A stretch of 64,000 nucleotides of DNA from Candidatus Gastranaerophilales bacterium (lineage in GTDB: Bacteria > Cyanobacteriota > Vampirovibrionia > Gastranaerophilales > Gastranaerophilaceae). This document shows positions 37,290 through 46,725 of this stretch, piece by piece (position 1 is the stretch's first letter; each line of letters starts with the position of its first letter). Location of the stretch: NCBI GenBank assembly GCA_944324165.1, contig CALUVG010000001.1:2773-66772 (forward strand), given 5' to 3'. The notes beneath the pieces are model-generated. The model had not been told where the DNA came from and did no database searches. It saw nothing but the letters and a program-made list of their open reading frames with translations. Made by a program: the position numbers and the translations under genes.

Positions 37290-37946
37290 CTACAATTTAA
37301 CAGGATAATCATCGGGTATTTTCCAGCCGTTTAGTTCAATTATTTTAGTAAATGAGTTGGGATAGTTATATAAATCTTCTTTTGTACCATTCCAAGGGGA
37401 ATCAATATAAGGCACAATACCTTTATTATGGAAATACTCGTATCTTTTTGCCCAGATATCTGTTGTTTGAGGATAAAAGGCAAACATAAATGCATTTTTT
37501 CCCATTTCTGACTCTTGTCCGCAGTTTATATAATACACATAATCCTGTCCGGAATAGCCAATATGAAAACATGAACCATCTGCCAGATAAACTCTTAATC
37601 CGCCAAGAAGGTCACCATTATCATTTTCACCCAAATCTTCTCTGGGCACAAATTCTGCTTTATTATATTTAAAATACTTTTCTAAATATTTATCCCAAAA
37701 TCCTCTTATACAACTTTCTTCATACCCGGTTGAACATCCTGCCTCAAAATCCCAGCTTTCTTTTGGTCCGTTCTCTATTTCCGACAATTGTATTGCCTGA
37801 TTTGCCATAGAATAAAAACGTTTTAATTTTGTTTCTATTTCCGTTTTCTTATATTGATGCAAAAGATTAGGGATTGTTAAAACTGCAACAATACCAATTA
37901 TCGCAAGAGTAATAAGAACTTCTGCCAGTGTAAATCCATGTTTCAT
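37290..37946 (-). CDS. Type IV prepilin-like protein (cassette 2)
   Basis: MKHGFTLAEVLITLAIIGIVAVLTIPNL from the internal ATG at 37946, with a canonical short leader and Gly at -1. Confidence 0.85.
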   Translation of the reverse strand: MKHGFTLAEVLITLAIIGIVAVLTIPNLLHQYKKTEIETKLKRFYSMANQAIQLSEIENGPKESWDFEAGCSTGYEESCIRGFWDKYLEKYFKYNKAEFVPREDLGENDNGDLLGGLRVYLADGSCFHIGYSGQDYVYYINCGQESEMGKNAFMFAFYPQTTDIWAKRYEYFHNKGIVPYIDSPWNGTKEDLYNYPNSFTKIIELNGWKIPDDYPVKL

Positions 37947-37974
37947 TTTAAATACCTTTCTGTAATCCGAACTT

Positions 37975-37994
37975 ATGTATATTATAATATACAT
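37975..37994. promoter_or_regulatory. Perfect 20-bp palindrome covering the -10 of the pilin-2 promoter
   Basis: ATGTATATTA|TAATATACAT. Confidence 0.5.
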
Positions 37995-38009
37995 TTTATA
38001 ATATGTCAA
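37981..38009 (-). promoter_or_regulatory. Consensus sigma-70 promoter of pilin-like gene 2
   Basis: Minus strand reads TTGACA-tattataaaatgtatat-TATAAT (17-nt spacer). Confidence 0.6.
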
Positions 38010-38015
38010 TATTAT
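37998..38015. promoter_or_regulatory. Inverted repeat ATAATAT-gtca-ATATTAT centred on the -35 of the pilin-2 promoter
   Basis: 7-bp perfect arms. The centre GTCA is part of TGTCAA (38004..38009). Confidence 0.4.
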
Positions 38016-38037
38016 TTATACGATATTAAAATATTAT

Positions 38038-38043
38038 TACAAT
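38038..38043 (+). promoter_or_regulatory. Candidate -10 box (TACAAT) for a leaderless XRE-2 transcript
   Basis: TACAAT ends 7 nt before the A of the ATG at 38050. No SD lies between them. Confidence 0.35.
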
Positions 38044-38049
38044 ATTTTT

Positions 38050-38271
38050 ATGGATCAAAAAGAATTACTGATAAATTTTGGTATAAAACTGAAATACTGG
38101 CGGTTAAAACGTAATTTAACTCAGGAAGAACTTGCTGAAAAACTCCTTGTGGCTCCGCATTATATCAGCGATATAGAGCGCGGCAGAAGAAATATTACAA
38201 TGCAGACAATAGGCAGACTTGCGGAGGCATTGAATATTGAAGTTGTTCGGCTTTTTAATTTTTCGGATTAG
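38050..38271 (+). CDS. XRE/Cro-type HTH transcriptional regulator (cassette 2)
   Basis: FGIKLKYWRLKRNLTQEELAEKLLVAPHYISDIERGRRNITMQTIGRLAEAL. Confidence 0.8.
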   Translation: MDQKELLINFGIKLKYWRLKRNLTQEELAEKLLVAPHYISDIERGRRNITMQTIGRLAEALNIEVVRLFNFSD

Positions 38272-38301
38272 TTTTTTATGATAAACTAATCTTCGGGAGA
38301 T

Positions 38302-39432
38302 ATGTTCATGAAAAAATTAGCGGTTATTTTGTTTTTAATTTTAGGGCTTATAACACCAGCATTTGCTGATGATAAAAAAGTTTTGCCGTCCGAAACAGGC
38401 ATTGTTGAAAACATCAATTATGTGGATGTCTCAGAATTAAATCAGGGAGATCAAAATGTTAAACAGGAAGTTACCGTAAAAGTTTTGACAGGAGAGTTTA
38501 AGGGAGCCGAAAGAATTGTAGACAATATGCTTACCGGCAATCCGGCTTATGATATCCAATTGAATAAAGGCGATAAAGTCGTTCTGCACTTTGAACCGGT
38601 TTCTGATGATGTAATAACCGCTGATGATGTGGATATTTTTATTGCGGATATAAAACGTGATAAAGCTATGTATCTTACATTCGGCATTTTTGCTTTACTT
38701 GTACTGATTATAGGCAAACGCAAAGGACTTAACAGTTTAATTTCTATTGCCGCAACCGTAGGATTAATCTTTTATATGCTGATGCCTATGGTGCTAAACG
38801 GACTTTCGCCAATATTTGCAGCTACACTTGTTGGTATATTATCGACAATAATAACCATTTATCTTGTTGGCGGCTTAAACGCAAAAAGTACAGCGGCAAT
38901 TCTTGGAACAACGGCAAGCCTTATAGTCTCAGCCCTGCTTGCTGTTCTAACCATCAAAATTACCCACCTGACAGGATTTGCCGGCGAAGAAACAATGTTT
39001 TTATATACAGCAAGACCTGATCTTGATTTTACCGGACTTCTTGCCGCATCAATAATTATAGCTGCTCTTGGGGCACTCATGGATACAGGTGTTTCTATTG
39101 CCAGCACTATAAACGAAATTCATGATACGGATTCATCTCTCAGTATTAGAGAACTTTTTCATTCCGGAATGAATGTAGGACGCGATGTAATAGGTACAAT
39201 GTCAAATACCTTAATCCTTGTTTATTTAGGAAGTGCTCTGCCTCTGGTGTTACTGGCTAATAATATAGATTTAAATAAATTTTTTAACCTGAATCAAGTT
39301 GCAACAGAAATTACCTCTGCTCTTGTAGGAAGTATAGCTATTCTTGCCTGCGTACCGCTTACCGCTATAATAAGCGCTTATCTTATGAAAAAACATAAAG
39401 AAAGACCTGATTTTAATTTTGAAAAAAAGTAA
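38302..39432 (+). CDS. YibE/F-family integral membrane protein
   Basis: Signal peptide, extracytoplasmic domain (GDKVVLHFEP), then multiple TMs with GALMDTGVSIASTINEI...GRDVIGTMSNTLILVYLG, typical of YibE/F. Confidence 0.75.
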   Translation: MFMKKLAVILFLILGLITPAFADDKKVLPSETGIVENINYVDVSELNQGDQNVKQEVTVKVLTGEFKGAERIVDNMLTGNPAYDIQLNKGDKVVLHFEPVSDDVITADDVDIFIADIKRDKAMYLTFGIFALLVLIIGKRKGLNSLISIAATVGLIFYMLMPMVLNGLSPIFAATLVGILSTIITIYLVGGLNAKSTAAILGTTASLIVSALLAVLTIKITHLTGFAGEETMFLYTARPDLDFTGLLAASIIIAALGALMDTGVSIASTINEIHDTDSSLSIRELFHSGMNVGRDVIGTMSNTLILVYLGSALPLVLLANNIDLNKFFNLNQVATEITSALVGSIAILACVPLTAIISAYLMKKHKERPDFNFEKK

Positions 39433-39504
39433 TAAAACTTTATAAAATAAGCAATATTTCATTCAAATAATACTTTATATATATGTTAGGGGATATTTAT
39501 ATCT

Positions 39505-40734
39505 ATGAATGAAAATTATTGGGAAAGGTTTGATACCAGGCTGACCTGGCTTACAACACAACGCACTGCATTACAAAAAAATGGGACGCAGGCATATTAT
39601 GCTCCGCTTGTTTATGAATTGCCGCAACAGGAATCTATATTTACATCCAATCCTTTTGCGCAGCCCACAATTCCTCCAGGAGGAAATGTAGGGAAGTCGA
39701 AAACTGTAAATATACAGCAGTTTCGGCGTTACAATATAAACACAGGACATCAAGTTCTTAAATTCCAAAAAGCAGAAACAATGCAGGAGGCGGTGAATTA
39801 TGCCCGAACAAAACTCGGTATAAAGAATTTTAACATGCAAAATGATCTTGAACTTGCAAACTGGGTAAATGAAGGACTGACGGCAATATATAACAAATAC
39901 AAAGGCAAGGTACCAATGCCATCTAATGTAATAAAAGACGGCAGCAAGGATATGATTGGAGATGCATATTATAACTTAAATCGAGATACTCTTGCTATTG
40001 CTCCGGACAACAAAAAGAAAGTCTTAACAAGACTCCTTCGTAACATCGAAAATACCTGGGAAAGCAGCAACCGCCCGCTTACTCGCTGGTATAAAAGAGC
40101 ACTAAAAGAAGATTATTCTCAAATACCATACATTGATCCGAAATTCCAAAAGCAGGTTGCTCAACATATTCAGGAATTTCAACATTTTCCGGAGATTTTT
40201 GAGGTTACAGATGTCAAACAGCTCTATCACGAAATAAATGCACTGCTGGAGACAAAACATATCTTAAAAACAAATCCTATGAAGTTAATAGCAGATCTAT
40301 ACAATAATCCAAAATACAAGAAAGCATTAGAAAGTCCTGAATTTAAATCTCTTGTACAAATATCCCGTTTGGACAAAGACGAACAAAAACAGGAATTTTA
40401 TAAAATACTGGATAAACTAAAAGAAAAAGGAATAAATGCTTATGTCGAGCCTCAAAAATTTGCAGAAAATAACAAATTTCATGTAATTTTCCACGAATAC
40501 GGGCATTTTATGCATTTTAAGACCACTTCGTTTGAATCCTTAAAAGAGCATACAGATGAATTTAAATCAAATCCCCGCAAACAAAATACAGCAGAACAGG
40601 TTTCAGGTTACGCGAAAAGTGAACCTATGGAGTTTGTAGCAGAGGTCTATGCAGGAATGCTGAACGGTGAAAAATATTCACCTGAGGTAATGCGGCTTTA
40701 TCGCAGCTACAACGGACCGACGGTTCCACAGTAA
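39505..40734 (+). CDS. Hypothetical gluzincin-like metallopeptidase (HEYGH ... EFVAE)
   Basis: VIFHEYGHFMHF, plus EPMEFVAEVYAGML about 40 aa downstream. No signal peptide. Large N-terminal region of unknown fold. Confidence 0.7.
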   Translation: MNENYWERFDTRLTWLTTQRTALQKNGTQAYYAPLVYELPQQESIFTSNPFAQPTIPPGGNVGKSKTVNIQQFRRYNINTGHQVLKFQKAETMQEAVNYARTKLGIKNFNMQNDLELANWVNEGLTAIYNKYKGKVPMPSNVIKDGSKDMIGDAYYNLNRDTLAIAPDNKKKVLTRLLRNIENTWESSNRPLTRWYKRALKEDYSQIPYIDPKFQKQVAQHIQEFQHFPEIFEVTDVKQLYHEINALLETKHILKTNPMKLIADLYNNPKYKKALESPEFKSLVQISRLDKDEQKQEFYKILDKLKEKGINAYVEPQKFAENNKFHVIFHEYGHFMHFKTTSFESLKEHTDEFKSNPRKQNTAEQVSGYAKSEPMEFVAEVYAGMLNGEKYSPEVMRLYRSYNGPTVPQ

Positions 40735-40735
40735 T

Positions 40736-40768
40736 AAAAAAGGAGCGTTGAAAAACGCTCCTTTCCAG
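40736..40768. terminator. Bidirectional intrinsic terminator (strong for metK)
   Basis: AAAAA-AGGAGCG-ttgaaaaa-CGCTCCT-TTCC. On the minus strand the stem is followed by TTTTTTATT. Confidence 0.75.
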
Positions 40769-40786
40769 TTTTAGTTTAAATAAAAA

Positions 40787-42067
40787 CTACTTTGAACAAC
40801 CGCAGGCAACTTTACCGCAAGCTTGAGACTTTAAAGAGTCAGCTTTATCAGTTCTTTCCCACGGTACATCAATATCAGTTCTGCCCATATGACCGTAAGC
40901 AGCTAATAATTGATAGAATTTTCCGCCGTTTTTAGCCGGCAAACCGCGAAGATCAAACTGATTGATTATTGCAGCCGGTCTCAGGTCAAAGTTTTTAGAT
41001 ACCAATTCAGAAATTTCATCATCAGAAATTTTACCGGTACCAAATGTATCAACCATAATTGAAACAGGTTCAGCAACTCCAATTGCATAAGCCAATTCTA
41101 TTTCGCATTTTTCAGCTAAACCGGCAGCTACAATATTTTTAGCCACATATCTAGCAGCATAAGCAGCAGAACGGTCAACTTTTGTCGGATCTTTTCCTGA
41201 GAATGCTCCGCCGCCGTGACGGGAATAGCCGCCATAAGTATCAACAATAATTTTACGCCCTGTCAATCCTGCATCGCCTTGCGGACCACCTACTACAAAA
41301 CGTCCTGAAGGGTTTACAAGGATTTTTGTTGTATCGTCAAGTTTAATTGTTTCGTGCGCAAAAACTTCGTCAATAACATAAGCAATGATATCTCTTCTGA
41401 TTATATCCTGAACTTTTTGATTATCACATTCACCGTTAATTTCAGGGTCGTGCTGCGTAGAAATTAATACAGTATCAATTCTCGCCGGTTTACCGTCAAC
41501 ATATTCAACAGTAACCTGAGATTTGCCATCCGGTCTAAGGTAGTTTAAAATACCTTGTTTTCTAACCTGAGCCAATCTGTAAGACAATTTATGAGCAAGG
41601 CTTATAGGCAAAGGCATTAATTCAGGTGTTTCATTGCAAGCATAACCAAACATAATACCTTGATCTCCCGCACCGATATTTTCAGTTTCTGCAACTGAAG
41701 TATCAGCATTATCAGAACGAGATTCAAGAGCTTTATTAACTCCGCCTGCAATATCGCAAGACTGTTCATCAATACTTGTCAAAACAGCGCAAGTTTTATA
41801 ATCAAACCCTCCGCCATTAGTGCCTACATAACCAATGTTTTTAATAGTATTTCTAACAACTGCCGGAATATCAACATAACAATCAGCAGTAATTTCGCCG
41901 CAAACAAGTGCCATGCCTGTTGTAACAGTAGTTTCGGCAGCAACACGTGCACGCGGATACTTTGTTAAAAATTCATCCAAAATTGCATCAGATATCTGAT
42001 CGCAAACTTTGTCGGGGTGACCTTCTGTAACTGATTCAGAAGTGAACAAAAAATTTCTTGGTGTCAT
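40787..42067 (-). CDS. metK: S-adenosylmethionine synthase
   Basis: ATG at 42067 with AAGGAG SD (the track start is TTG 42073). [43 protein letters not shown]. Unusual tail [16 protein letters not shown]. Confidence 0.95.
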   Translation of the reverse strand: MTPRNFLFTSESVTEGHPDKVCDQISDAILDEFLTKYPRARVAAETTVTTGMALVCGEITADCYVDIPAVVRNTIKNIGYVGTNGGGFDYKTCAVLTSIDEQSCDIAGGVNKALESRSDNADTSVAETENIGAGDQGIMFGYACNETPELMPLPISLAHKLSYRLAQVRKQGILNYLRPDGKSQVTVEYVDGKPARIDTVLISTQHDPEINGECDNQKVQDIIRRDIIAYVIDEVFAHETIKLDDTTKILVNPSGRFVVGGPQGDAGLTGRKIIVDTYGGYSRHGGGAFSGKDPTKVDRSAAYAARYVAKNIVAAGLAEKCEIELAYAIGVAEPVSIMVDTFGTGKISDDEISELVSKNFDLRPAAIINQFDLRGLPAKNGGKFYQLLAAYGHMGRTDIDVPWERTDKADSLKSQACGKVACGCSK

Positions 42068-42355
42068 TTCCAATTTCTCCTTAATTTATTTTTGTACCGA
42101 CCGGTAAGTTTTTTAATTCCAACCCGGTCACATCATTAACCGACATCATAAATCAAAGAATATTTAAAAGCAAATTATGTATTAATAAATATTAATTATT
42201 TTTAATTATTTTTTTCTTCCGGATTTAAACAGTTCTATAAAAGTATTAATTTTCTGTACTCACGTGACAAAATATTAATTAATCATTAATTTTACTGACT
42301 TTTTTAAAATAAGCCTTAAAATAAAAATAAAGAATATAATAAATGGAGTTGTACT

Positions 42356-44965
42356 ATGGTAGATTTTAACAAATTGACTAATTATTCTCAGGAAATTCTG
42401 TCTTCAGCAAGTGCGATTATGAGTTCGCACAAGAATACGGAACTGCAGCCGGAACACATTATGCTTGCAATGATTAAAGATAACGGCATAATTAAGGACT
42501 ACCTGACAGAACTTAAACTTCTCAATCAGGGATTTATCGACAAAATAGTTACAGCAGTCAATTCTTTTCCTACTGTTTCATCCCCGCCAAACACAAGTCA
42601 ACTGTTTCTTTCAAGCCAGACATACAAGCTGCTTGATATTGCAGAAGAACTTGCAGGCGATATGAAAGATGAATTTATTGGTATTGAATTGATTTTACTT
42701 GCAATGACCAAACTTGACAATTCTAATATTCAAAAACTTTTGAAAGATTTTAGAGTTGAAAGTTCAAATGTACTTAACGCAATGAAAAAAATAAGAGGTA
42801 ATAAAAAAGTGGATAATAAAAATGCTGAAGAAAATATGAAAGCACTTGAAAAATATTCAACCGATCTAACGGCTTTAGCAAGAAAAGGCAAACTTGATCC
42901 TGTAATCGGTCGTGATGAAGAAGTCAGAAGAATAATTCAGGTACTTAACAGAAGAACAAAAAACAACCCTGTTCTGATTGGTGAACCCGGAGTTGGTAAA
43001 ACTGCAATAGTTGAAGGTCTGGCACAACGTATCGTAAGAGGCGATGTACCGATGAGCCTTAAGGATGTTAAACTTATTTCTCTGGATTTGGGCGCACTGG
43101 TTGCAGGGGCTAAGTTCCGCGGAGAATTTGAAGAACGATTGAAAGCCGTATTGAAAGAAGTTGAAGACTCCAACGGCGAGATTGTAATGTTTATTGATGA
43201 ATTACATACGGTTGTTGGCGCAGGAGCAACTGAAGGCTCAATGGATGCAGGCAACCTTTTAAAACCAATGCTTGCACGCGGTATTCTGCGAACAATAGGG
43301 GCAACTACAATCAATGAATATAGAAAATACATAGAAAAAGATCCGGCACTTGAGCGTCGTTTCCAGCCTGTAATGGTTGATGAGCCAAGTGTTGAGGATA
43401 CAATCAGCATTCTCAGAGGGCTGAAAGACAAATACGAAGTTCACCACGGAGTAAGAATTCTTGATGATGCACTAATAGAAGCCGCAAAATTATCTGACAG
43501 ATATATTACAGACAGATTTTTGCCGGATAAAGCGATTGATTTGATTGATGAAGCCGCATCTTCTTTGCGTATCCAGATAGATTCCATGCCGGAAGAAATA
43601 GATTCAATGCTGCGTCAGAAAATTCAACTTGAAATTGAACGTGAAGCCCTGAAAAAAGAAGATAGTGATGAGGCTAAAGCTAAAGTTGCAGATATAACCA
43701 AACAAATTGATGAACTTGAAGCTAAAACTTCAAAACTAAAAGCCCAGTGGGAAAGCGAAAAAGCAACAATTACCGGTGAAGCCGGCTTGAAAGAGCAAAT
43801 TGAAGATGTAAAACGTAAAATAGAAGAGGCTGAACGCAACACAGATTTGCAAACCGCTGCGGAACTTAAATACGGCAAATTGCTTGAATTGGAAAAACAA
43901 TTAAAAGCAATACAAAACAAAGAAAAAGTATCTAATCAACTTTTAAAAGAAGAGATAGATGCGGAAGATATTGCAAATGTAGTAAGCAAGTGGACAGGTA
44001 TTCCCGTAAACAAACTTGTTGAAAGCGAAATGCAAAAACTATTACATATGGAAGACATTTTGCATAAACGTTTGATAGGTCAGGATGAGGCTGTGGCAAC
44101 GGTTTCAGATGCAATACGCCGTGCGCGTTCCGGCTTGAAAGACCCGAAACGCCCTATTGGAACATTCCTGTTCTTAGGTCCGACCGGTGTTGGTAAAACA
44201 GAGTTAGCCAAGGCGCTTGCAGAATTTATGTTTAACGATGAAGATGCGCTTATCCGTATTGATATGTCAGAATATATGGAAAAACACAATGTTGCAAGAC
44301 TTGTTGGAGCGCCTCCGGGATATGTCGGCTATGAAGAAGGCGGTCAATTAACCGAGGCTGTCAGAAGAAAACCTTATTCTGTTGTGCTTTTTGATGAAAT
44401 TGAAAAAGCTCATCCGGATGTATTCAACATAATGCTGCAAATCTTTGATGACGGACGTTTGACTGATTCAAAAGGCAGAACAATCGACTTCAAAAACACT
44501 CTTATCATAATGACAAGTAACATTGGCAGCGATATTATTCTTGAAAACACGCTTAATTCAATGTTGTCACAGAGTGATTTTGAAGAGACAAAAAATAAAG
44601 TTCTTGAAGTTTTAAGAAGTCGTTTCAAACCGGAATTCTTAAACAGAATTGATGAGATTATATTCTTCAAAGCCTTGAATTTACAGCAGTTATCTGCAAT
44701 TGTAGATATTCAGATGGATTACTTGAGAAAATTGCTTGCTGATCAGGAAATACTGTTCAGAATAACTGATGAGGCAAAGGAATTTCTTGCTACACGCGGA
44801 TTTAATCCTGTTTATGGTGCAAGACCTTTGAAAAGAGTAATTCGTCAAATGGTAGAAAATCCGTTATCTAAATTACTGCTTGAACAGAAATTTCGCCGCG
44901 GTGATGAAGTGGTAATTGATGTAAATAATGACGAGATTACATTCAGGAAAGATGAAACCAAATAA
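42356..44965 (+). CDS. clpB: Chaperone/disaggregase ClpB
   Basis: Clp N domain, NBD1 [15 protein letters not shown], long coiled-coil M domain, NBD2 [22 protein letters not shown]. Confidence 0.95.
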   Translation: MVDFNKLTNYSQEILSSASAIMSSHKNTELQPEHIMLAMIKDNGIIKDYLTELKLLNQGFIDKIVTAVNSFPTVSSPPNTSQLFLSSQTYKLLDIAEELAGDMKDEFIGIELILLAMTKLDNSNIQKLLKDFRVESSNVLNAMKKIRGNKKVDNKNAEENMKALEKYSTDLTALARKGKLDPVIGRDEEVRRIIQVLNRRTKNNPVLIGEPGVGKTAIVEGLAQRIVRGDVPMSLKDVKLISLDLGALVAGAKFRGEFEERLKAVLKEVEDSNGEIVMFIDELHTVVGAGATEGSMDAGNLLKPMLARGILRTIGATTINEYRKYIEKDPALERRFQPVMVDEPSVEDTISILRGLKDKYEVHHGVRILDDALIEAAKLSDRYITDRFLPDKAIDLIDEAASSLRIQIDSMPEEIDSMLRQKIQLEIEREALKKEDSDEAKAKVADITKQIDELEAKTSKLKAQWESEKATITGEAGLKEQIEDVKRKIEEAERNTDLQTAAELKYGKLLELEKQLKAIQNKEKVSNQLLKEEIDAEDIANVVSKWTGIPVNKLVESEMQKLLHMEDILHKRLIGQDEAVATVSDAIRRARSGLKDPKRPIGTFLFLGPTGVGKTELAKALAEFMFNDEDALIRIDMSEYMEKHNVARLVGAPPGYVGYEEGGQLTEAVRRKPYSVVLFDEIEKAHPDVFNIMLQIFDDGRLTDSKGRTIDFKNTLIIMTSNIGSDIILENTLNSMLSQSDFEETKNKVLEVLRSRFKPEFLNRIDEIIFFKALNLQQLSAIVDIQMDYLRKLLADQEILFRITDEAKEFLATRGFNPVYGARPLKRVIRQMVENPLSKLLLEQKFRRGDEVVIDVNNDEITFRKDETK

Positions 44966-44980
44966 TAATGATACCTGATA

Positions 44981-45014
44981 GAGGCGGCAATGAAAAAATT
45001 TTCATTGCCGCCTC
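44981..45014. terminator. Long perfect hairpin between convergent clpB and pyrF (no clear U-tract)
   Basis: GAGGCGGCAATGAAAA-aa-TTTTCATTGCCGCCTC (16-nt arms). Confidence 0.5.
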
Positions 45015-45019
45015 TAAAA

Positions 45020-45775
45020 TTACATATTTTCGTTCAATTCTTCCATAGCCGATTCAATTTCATCAATAATCAATCTTGCGGCGGCGATTCTATCTTCTGC
45101 CATGGTTATAGGTCTGCCGACTACCATGTAATCCACTCCGGCAAGAATTGCGTCACGCGGTGTATCAACTCTAACCTGATCGTTTACAGATGCCCAGGTA
45201 GGGCGTGTAGCAGGACAGAGTATTATAAAGTCTTCTCTAACGCATTTTCTTATCTTTTTAGCCTCTTCTGCGCTCGCTACAACCCCGTCTAATCCGTTTT
45301 CTTCTGCGACTTTTGCAAGCTGCAGGACATATGATTCAATATTTTTATCAACACATAATTCTTCAGTCAGAGTTCTCTGTCCAAAGCTTGAAAGCAAAGT
45401 TACTCCAAGTATTGTAGGAGGTTCGCATCCAATGGATTTTGCAGCAGCGCGAGATGCTTTAACAACAGAGGCAACCATTTTTGAGCCGCCTTGAATATGT
45501 ACGTTAAAGAAGTTAATTCTGTTTTTAACAAGGCTTATTGCTGCTTTTTGAACAGTATGCGGAATGTCATGGAATTTGCAGTCGAAATAGCATTTTGCAC
45601 CGAGTTCCTCAAGTAGTCTGAACGCCTCAAATCCGTAATTAACAATTAATGGTAACCCTATTTTGAAATAACCTACGTAATCTTTAAGCTCTCTAACTAA
45701 TTCTCTAGCCTCTTTAAGGTTGTCAACATCTAAGGCAAGAATAATTCTATCTTTAGCACATTCGGGTTTAATCAT
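45020..45775 (-). CDS. pyrF: Orotidine 5'-phosphate decarboxylase
   Basis: Internal ATG at 45775 with AGGAGAGAGG SD. RIILALDV, DCKFHDIPHTV, VVGRPI. Confidence 0.9.
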   Translation of the reverse strand: MIKPECAKDRIILALDVDNLKEARELVRELKDYVGYFKIGLPLIVNYGFEAFRLLEELGAKCYFDCKFHDIPHTVQKAAISLVKNRINFFNVHIQGGSKMVASVVKASRAAAKSIGCEPPTILGVTLLSSFGQRTLTEELCVDKNIESYVLQLAKVAEENGLDGVVASAEEAKKIRKCVREDFIILCPATRPTWASVNDQVRVDTPRDAILAGVDYMVVGRPITMAEDRIAAARLIIDEIESAMEELNENM

Positions 45776-45897
45776 CGCCTCTCTCCTAACAATACTATAT
45801 AAATACCACAAGCAGAAAAGAAAATCAAGAAAAAAAGTGCCGTCAGCTATTGACGGCACAGTAATCGTTTTGGTTTCACATCTGTGTAAACTTGTTG

Positions 45898-46599
45898 TTA
45901 TGAGCCAGTACCATCGCTAGGATTTGTTTCTGTACCTTGTTCATTGTTTTCAGACCCATATAATACTGCACGAGCAGCTGGTGAGTTTGGTGCTACAGTT
46001 TGATCATAGAATTTGATCGGGAAAATATCATTGATAGTAACTTTACTTGTACAATCTCCATCAGAGTTAGTACATTCAACGAGTTTATTCGGTCCCTTAG
46101 TACCATTTGTATCAATAAATCCTTTGCAAGGATCTGCTTCTGTACAACTAGCACCACTATTTGGGAAAGTAAAGACTATACCGTCTTGGAAACGAAATAC
46201 ATAGTTAGAATTAATTGCGTTTTCATCTCCACCATCTGCATCTTCACTAGTTCCAAACGTTAAAGCATCAGCATAATTTGTTAATTCATCACCTTCGATC
46301 AACGTACCGTTAGTTCTTTCAGTGAACATTCTGTACAATGAAGGAGTGTTCTCATTTTTATCTGTATTTGCAGACGTACCCGCCAGGTCATAATCATCAA
46401 GAGCGATGTTCATGACAACAGCCTGAGAAAGGACTGATAAAGCTTTTTTATATGCGGTTTTGAATTGCGCGCCATTTGTGTTGTTAATCAAAGTTGGCAT
46501 TGTCATAGCCGCAACTACCCCGATAATCGCCAAAGTAATCAAAACTTCAGCAAGTGTGAATGCATTGTTCATTGCATTGTTTTTTGTAATTAGTCTCAT
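45898..46599 (-). CDS. Type IV prepilin-like protein (cassette 3)
   Basis: GGAGG SD. ...NNAFTLAEVLITLAIIGVVAAMTMPTL. GFIDTNGTKGPN motif. 4 Cys. Low-complexity C-terminal tail. Confidence 0.85.
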   Translation of the reverse strand: MRLITKNNAMNNAFTLAEVLITLAIIGVVAAMTMPTLINNTNGAQFKTAYKKALSVLSQAVVMNIALDDYDLAGTSANTDKNENTPSLYRMFTERTNGTLIEGDELTNYADALTFGTSEDADGGDENAINSNYVFRFQDGIVFTFPNSGASCTEADPCKGFIDTNGTKGPNKLVECTNSDGDCTSKVTINDIFPIKFYDQTVAPNSPAARAVLYGSENNEQGTETNPSDGTGS

Positions 46600-46628
46600 G
46601 TTTACCTCCGATTTTCTATTACATAATC

Positions 46629-46657
46629 AGTATATCATATCAATATCAATTTGTCAA
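46629..46657 (-). promoter_or_regulatory. Near-consensus sigma-70 promoter of pilin-like gene 3
   Basis: Minus strand reads TTGACA-aattgatattgatatga-TATACT (17-nt spacer). Confidence 0.6.
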
Positions 46658-46668
46658 GATTATTGATA
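46644..46668. promoter_or_regulatory. Inverted repeat TATCAAT-N11-ATTGATA bracketing the -35 of the pilin-3 promoter
   Basis: 7-bp perfect arms. The 11-nt centre contains TGTCAA (46652..46657). Confidence 0.4.
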
Positions 46669-46725
46669 CAAATATCATTTATTAAGTGTAAAATCACGTA
46701 TATACTTATTAAAAAGGGGACTGTA

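Noticed and set aside
42074-42200. Possible SAM riboswitch in the metK leader
   Set aside because: The leader is AT-rich. I see only one 6-bp GC stem (GACCGG/CCGGTC, 42099-42129) and an ACCGAC direct repeat. Nothing resembles the SAM-I, SAM-II, SAM-III(SMK), SAM-IV, SAM-V, SAM-VI or SAM/SAH cores as I remember them, and no terminator or clear SD-sequestering helix is evident.
42937-43431. Long antisense ORFs inside well-supported genes. Examples: 164 aa antisense to clpB, 131 aa at 24704-25099 antisense to kdsA, 146 aa at 4113-4553, and 113 aa at 4832-5173.
   Set aside because: They sit fully within genes that have clear family motifs on the other strand. Their products are low-complexity Ser/Pro/Phe-rich, as is typical of antisense frames.
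44990-45292. 100-aa plus-strand ORF after clpB
   Set aside because: It begins inside the 16-bp hairpin and runs antisense to pyrF. It has no SD and no recognisable motif.
45776-45859. 28-codon N-terminal extension of pyrF in the ORF track
   Set aside because: The internal ATG at 45775 has a strong AGGAGAGAGG SD and gives the normal PyrF N-terminus (MIKPE..RIILALDV). The extension is hydrophobic junk.
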